From Alkanindiges illinoisensis DSM 15370 (lineage in GTDB: Bacteria; Pseudomonadota; Gammaproteobacteria; Pseudomonadales; Moraxellaceae), in the NCBI RefSeq assembly GCF_000619845.1, contig NZ_JHUX01000003.1:550064-582063 (forward strand): a stretch of 32,000 nt of DNA, in the 5' to 3' direction. Shown here one piece after another: positions 28,899 through 32,000 of this stretch (the first letter of the stretch is position 1; every line of letters starts with the position of its first letter). The translations under genes and the position numbers were made by a program. The notes below the pieces were generated by a model. It did not search any database. It saw only the letters and a program-made list of their open reading frames with translations, and was not told where the DNA came from.

Positions 28899-29150
28899 TT
28901 GATTTTGAAACATAAAAAGAAGTGTAACTGTAAACATGCACGACAATTAAGGCATTTGAAGCAGATAAGCCGCAATAGTGCCGAGCTTTACCATAATCTG
29001 CAAAAATCACTGGAACAATCTATAGCTAAAACCACTGCCGAATTGAGTGCATCAATCCAGAATTTTCAAGCGATGACAAAAGCGGAACGGCGGGTATCAC
29101 TTGAAACAGCAATTAATGATTTGCAAGAACGTATAAAAAGTAAAAGCTAG
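28899..29150 (+). CDS. Hypothetical basic/coiled-coil-like protein (81-83 aa, TTG start)
   Basis: An 83-codon open frame in AT-rich DNA with no competing long ORF on the other strand across 28976..29150. No in-frame ATG near the 5' end. TTG 28905 lies 6 nt after gagg (28895..28898). Confidence 0.45.
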   Translation: MILKHKKKCNCKHARQLRHLKQISRNSAELYHNLQKSLEQSIAKTTAELSASIQNFQAMTKAERRVSLETAINDLQERIKSKS

Positions 29151-29183
29151 TCATTTGATAACCTTGAGTTTTTATATAAAATA

Positions 29184-29483
29184 TTAGGTATGATACTTTT
29201 CCAAAAAATCATCAATCCAGCTTTGAGCTTGCCCAAGATTGCTGATATCGGCCAGCTTCAAATTAGTGCCTTCTGCTTCATTATACCCTTCGATTATTGC
29301 TTCAAAAATATTGGCTTCATTGACAACTTCTCGGGCAAACTCAGCAGCGTCATAGCTCTGCTTTGCTTTTTTTAGTGATGCAATTTGCTTGTCAATACCA
29401 TCGCCAATTTTAGCGAGTGCTGCTTTAAAGTCTTGTTTATTAATACTTAGCGCCGTTTTGGTTTTGTTGAGTGTTGCAATCAT
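29184..29483 (-). CDS. Hypothetical helical protein (99 aa) encoded directly downstream of cI
   Basis: ATG 20 nt after the cI stop, preceded by aaggaaa. Same strand as cI, so probably co-transcribed in the lysogen. No family recognised. Confidence 0.7.
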   Translation of the reverse strand: MIATLNKTKTALSINKQDFKAALAKIGDGIDKQIASLKKAKQSYDAAEFAREVVNEANIFEAIIEGYNEAEGTNLKLADISNLGQAQSWIDDFLEKYHT

Positions 29484-29503
29484 TGTTACGTTTCCTTTTT
29501 AAT

Positions 29504-30241
29504 TTAATCAAAATCATTAAACCGCCCCACTACCTTGCCTACTAATCGGCAATGTTCATTAACTGGCATTAGCCTGGGTTGCCAGTTTGGATTTAAAGGC
29601 CGTAAGTAATAATTACCATCTTCAACAACCAGTTCTTTAAAGGTTGCTTTTTCGTCGCCATCACAAGCCATAATGACCAGATCACCTGTATGCAGTTCAT
29701 CAATCTGGAAAGTGGGATTCACATAAATACGGTCATCAGGCATGAATTTTGGTTCCATGGACACGCCATCAACAATAAGCGCAAAGCCGTATTTACCAGC
29801 CTTGGGATTATAGGGAATCCATTCAATCACACGAGATAAATCACCAGACAGAACCTCAGTGTAATCGCCAGCAGAAACCCATGAAATCACAGGGGTTTGT
29901 TTGGATGGTGGCAAGCCATCATGTCTTACAGGTAAATCCCGGATGTCCTGCTGCTGTGGCATACCTAGTGACTGGCTTTGTGACTGACCAGATTGGAATT
30001 GATGCTGGGTTTGGGAGGGGCGCATTTCGCCAGTACCACTAGCCAGCCATAAAGCATTTACACCTAAGCACGTAGCAGCCTTTAAAAGATTTTCACCTTC
30101 CATTGTTTTTGACTTTCCGCTTAGCCAGTCACTTACTGATGGGGGTTTGACCCCTACACAGCGTGCCAGCTCAACACCCTTCATTTTTTTAGGAGTTGCT
30201 TCTTCCATCGCAAGTTTAAGGCGCTCAGCTAACGTTTTCAT
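29504..30241 (-). CDS. cI: CI-like prophage repressor (N-terminal HTH, C-terminal S24 LexA-type autopeptidase)
   Basis: 245-aa ORF with an HTH region (GVELARCVGVKPPSVSDWLSGKS), a Gln/Ser-rich linker, an Ala-Gly cleavage context (WVSAGDY), the Ser nucleophile in DGVSMEP and Lys in LVGKVVG. Confidence 0.92.
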   Translation of the reverse strand: MKTLAERLKLAMEEATPKKMKGVELARCVGVKPPSVSDWLSGKSKTMEGENLLKAATCLGVNALWLASGTGEMRPSQTQHQFQSGQSQSQSLGMPQQQDIRDLPVRHDGLPPSKQTPVISWVSAGDYTEVLSGDLSRVIEWIPYNPKAGKYGFALIVDGVSMEPKFMPDDRIYVNPTFQIDELHTGDLVIMACDGDEKATFKELVVEDGNYYLRPLNPNWQPRLMPVNEHCRLVGKVVGRFNDFD

Positions 30242-30271
30242 AAGAAAAAGACAAATTATCGATTACAACTG

Positions 30272-30334
30272 TTAGGAAATCCTAACATAAATAAAATTAG
30301 GAATGCCTATTGATTATTTATAAGGATTGCCTAA
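30272..30334. promoter_or_regulatory. Three repressor-operator-like palindromes (OR-like) between cI and cro
   Basis: TTAGGaaatCCTAA (30272..30285, perfect), TTAGGaatgCCTAT (30297..30310) and TAAGGattgCCTAA (30321..30334). Centre spacings are 25 and 24 bp. Confidence 0.6.
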
Positions 30335-30338
30335 TAAT
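30310..30338 (+). promoter_or_regulatory. Candidate rightward early promoter (PR-like)
   Basis: TTGATT (30310..30315), 17-nt spacer, AATAAT (30333..30338). It lies upstream of the cro SD aggag (30351..30355). Confidence 0.5.
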
Positions 30339-30362
30339 TGATTTATTGTTAGGAGATGCAAG

Positions 30363-30638
30363 ATGACAGATGACCAACTCATTAATGCATTGGGTGGCTG
30401 TACTGCTGTAGCCAATTTTTTAGGAATTAAGCCTCCGTCTGTAAGTGGATGGAACTCAATTCCTTTGGATAAAAAAATTTTGCTAGCAGTAATTGCGGAA
30501 GATCATGGCATTTGCACCCGCAAAGAACTTTTTCCCGATTCTTATCAGAATATTTGGATTGAATTACGTCCTGAATTTAACACTGCTTCCAGTCGAAAAA
30601 CCAAGTTAGCCACCTCTGTAAATGAACGTATTTCCTGA
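30363..30638 (+). CDS. cro: Cro-like HTH regulator (YdaS family pattern)
   Basis: 91-aa ORF divergent from cI. LGGCTAVANFLGIKPPSVSGW ... ELFPD parallels E. coli YdaS (GGQSAMARLLGVSPPSVNQW ... ELRPD) as I recall it. Confidence 0.8.
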   Translation: MTDDQLINALGGCTAVANFLGIKPPSVSGWNSIPLDKKILLAVIAEDHGICTRKELFPDSYQNIWIELRPEFNTASSRKTKLATSVNERIS

Positions 30639-30707
30639 ATACAAGATTAGCCAAACTGGACGGCAAGTTACACGGCCAAATTTTTAAAAAGTACCGAGTA
30701 CCCAAAA

Positions 30708-31178
30708 ATGAGAGACATATTTTTAGCCCTACAGCATATCGCTCAATCCTACGGAATTCGTCAGATTGCTGAATATCTGGGCACCAAGCCTGAGGGCCTG
30801 CGTAAAAAACTAAATCCTAATGACGATTCGCATCAGGTCACGCTGGCTGAGTTTCTACACATTAGTAGTATTACAGGCAAGCCAGATGCGTTATTGGCCA
30901 TCGCTGCTGAGCTGGGCTATGTATGTATTAAGGCTCATAAGGCAACTAATGAAACCAGCATGGCGCAGATGTGCTTCTTGACCATGATGCTTGAACTTGG
31001 TCAGTCCAAAGGTGATTTAAGCGGAGCGATCAAGTCAGGCATGAGTGACAACCGAATCTGCATGAGGGATGCCCGTGACATCAAAGCGGCTGTCTATGAA
31101 ATGCAGTGTGACCTTGCTCAGATTGAGCAAGCCATTGATGAGTGCTTTAACAATGAAAAACAAGGAAGCCGAAAATGA
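30708..31178 (+). CDS. Phage CII-type regulatory protein (CP76-like pattern)
   Basis: 156-aa ORF in the cII position. The segment EGLRKKLNPNDDSHQVTLAEFLHISSITG resembles the LRNKLNP...H.FT..E motif of the CP76/YdaT-like family. Confidence 0.7.
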   Translation: MRDIFLALQHIAQSYGIRQIAEYLGTKPEGLRKKLNPNDDSHQVTLAEFLHISSITGKPDALLAIAAELGYVCIKAHKATNETSMAQMCFLTMMLELGQSKGDLSGAIKSGMSDNRICMRDARDIKAAVYEMQCDLAQIEQAIDECFNNEKQGSRK

Positions 31179-31369
31179 CCCAAAAACAATGTCCATGTCC
31201 TGAAGCCAAAGCAGGTGAGTGCTGCAAGCATTGCCCAACGCTGTTGGTTGATAACGAATGCCAGCCAGTTGCACCGGGCGATGCATCATTTTTTCCACCA
31301 GCAGAGTCACCGCTTTATGCGGTTGAGTCGAGTGATGAAGTCCGGCCGATCCTGAACGGGGGCTGGTAA
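31175..31369 (+). CDS. Small Cys-rich hypothetical protein (64 aa)
   Basis: ATGA overlap with the CII-like stop. Six Cys lie in the first 29 residues (CPCPEAKAGECCKHCPTLLVDNEC). No family recognised. Confidence 0.55.
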   Translation: MTQKQCPCPEAKAGECCKHCPTLLVDNECQPVAPGDASFFPPAESPLYAVESSDEVRPILNGGW

Positions 31370-31399
31370 AAACGAAAAACCCAGCGGCCAGGCTGGGTT
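31370..31399 (-). terminator. Strong Rho-independent terminator oriented on the minus strand
   Basis: Minus strand reads aacccagc-ctggcc-gctgggtt followed by tttt cg ttttt. On the + strand the same hairpin lacks a T-tract. Confidence 0.5.
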
Positions 31400-31449
31400 C
31401 TAAGCGTATCTGTTTTGAACAGGTACTAAGTCGATGAAGGAATTATGCA

Positions 31450-32000
31450 ATGTCTGAATTGAAAAGTAAAGCTGTACCCCAGTTGTACAAAACCCGCATG
31501 GTTCGTGCACTAATTCGCACCCTTAACCCTAAGACTGAAACCCGCCGCATTCTTGACCCACAGCCACCATTTGACCCTGAACACGTTTCAGTGGATGTAG
31601 ATGATCTTGGCTTTATTACGTTCTGGTCGGGCAATCATACCCAAGGTATTTATCATCAGGTTAGGGCTAAAGTCCGCCCGGGCGATATTATTTGGATAAA
31701 AGAAACTTTTGTTCGCGCCACGAATGCGCAGGATCAGGACTGCTCTATTTATAAGGCTGGCCGGATTGATGAGGAAATTGACGGGGGTTGGACGTCCTCA
31801 TTATTCATGCCGCGTGAGGCCAGCCGCATCACGCTGGAAGTGACTGAAAAAGTTCGGGTAGAGCGCCTACAGGATATCAGTGAAAAAAGCGCACTGGCTG
31901 AAGGCTTTATTAAATTACGTTCTGGTAGTGTGGTTGAGTTTGAGGGAGCACAGCACTTTGGAGCTGAATGGCTTACGGCTAAAGAGGCTTACCGCGACTT
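31450..32000 (+). CDS. Phage early protein, 5' part (runs off window), N-terminal K-T-x-T-R-R motif
   Basis: Not in the ORF track because it has no stop within the window. ATG 31450 follows gaagga, then 183 codons with no stop (MSELKSKAVPQLYKTRMVRALIRTLNPKTETRRILDPQPP...). The pattern is reminiscent of ASCH-like phage proteins; that assignment is low confidence. Confidence 0.7.
   Translation, partial: MSELKSKAVPQLYKTRMVRALIRTLNPKTETRRILDPQPPFDPEHVSVDVDDLGFITFWSGNHTQGIYHQVRAKVRPGDIIWIKETFVRATNAQDQDCSIYKAGRIDEEIDGGWTSSLFMPREASRITLEVTEKVRVERLQDISEKSALAEGFIKLRSGSVVEFEGAQHFGAEWLTAKEAYRD

Larger units (their letters stand above)
25891..32000. mobile_element. Left arm of a lambdoid (Rac/lambda-like) prophage integrated at the 3' end of tRNA-Leu; continues past the window end
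   Basis: A tyrosine integrase gene begins 16 bp after the tRNA. It is followed by xis, small early-left ORFs, operator/promoter regions, an S24-type CI, Cro and CII. The right-hand att site is not inside the window. Confidence 0.85.

Noticed and set aside
28487-28975. Longer 162-aa version of the minus-strand ORF starting at 28975
   Set aside because: The extra 31 N-terminal codons (MRLICFKCLNCRACLQLHFFLCFKINLGILL) look non-protein-like and overlap the 83-codon + ORF, so ATG 28882 is preferred. The longer form cannot be excluded.
31035-31634. Minus-strand ORFs 31035..31310 (91 aa) and 31443..31634 (63 aa)
   Set aside because: They are antisense to the CII-like, Cys-rich and open-ended + strand genes, which have RBSs, start/stop coupling and better-looking translations.
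25861-32000. Search for a second copy of the tRNA-Leu 3' segment (attR) inside the window
   Set aside because: No repeat of gagttcgagtctcttcgcccccacca was seen by eye downstream of the integrase. The prophage evidently extends beyond position 32000, so the att duplication cannot be confirmed here.
1-32000. CRISPR arrays, IS elements with terminal inverted repeats, rRNA genes, long tandem repeats
   Set aside because: I scanned by eye for regularly spaced direct repeats, transposase-like ORFs and rRNA-like segments, and found none.

Overview
Gene content and codon style suggest a Moraxellaceae/Acinetobacter-type chromosome; this is an inference, since no search was possible. Positions 1 to about 25.7 kb are mostly ordinary, tightly packed housekeeping genes: fba, katE, lpxH, a cyclophilin PPIase, glnS, a hexapeptide acetyltransferase, HIT, a beta-hydroxyacid dehydrogenase, a PhaC-like hydrolase, metZ, ybaB-recR, rnd, YcgL, a MoxR/VWA pair, a lipoprotein lipase, YqeY-rpsU and tsaD. 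A patatin (DUF3336) gene, an atypical Ser/Thr kinase gene and a 143-aa ORF follow. One very AT-rich single-gene insert sits between glnS and the acetyltransferase (7212..7922). tRNA-Leu(UAG) lies at 25806..25890. From 25891 to the window end lies the left arm of a lambdoid, Rac-like prophage. In order it carries int, xis, several tiny translationally coupled ORFs, a PL/OL-like control region, about 1.4 kb of unassignable cargo ORFs, a LexA-type (S24) CI repressor, a tripartite OR-like operator region, a YdaS-like Cro, a CP76-type CII and early genes running off the window. The best candidate for something new is the cargo block between OL and cI (28111..29483). It holds four unrecognisable ORFs in alternating orientation, with a 182-bp convergent overlap and nearly abutting divergent starts, and one ORF is coupled directly behind cI. 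This is the position rexAB occupies in lambda, where lysogen-expressed exclusion or defence genes sit. Other observations: a repeated TTAGG-N4-CCTAA operator with mirror-image geometry at PL and PR; a 44-aa membrane peptide whose ribosome-binding site is covered by a predicted antisense transcript; an OOP-like minus-strand terminator after the cII region; a small gene upstream of xis split by a 1-nt frame change in an A-run; and a kinase with no glycine-rich loop. No CRISPR array, IS element or rRNA was seen.
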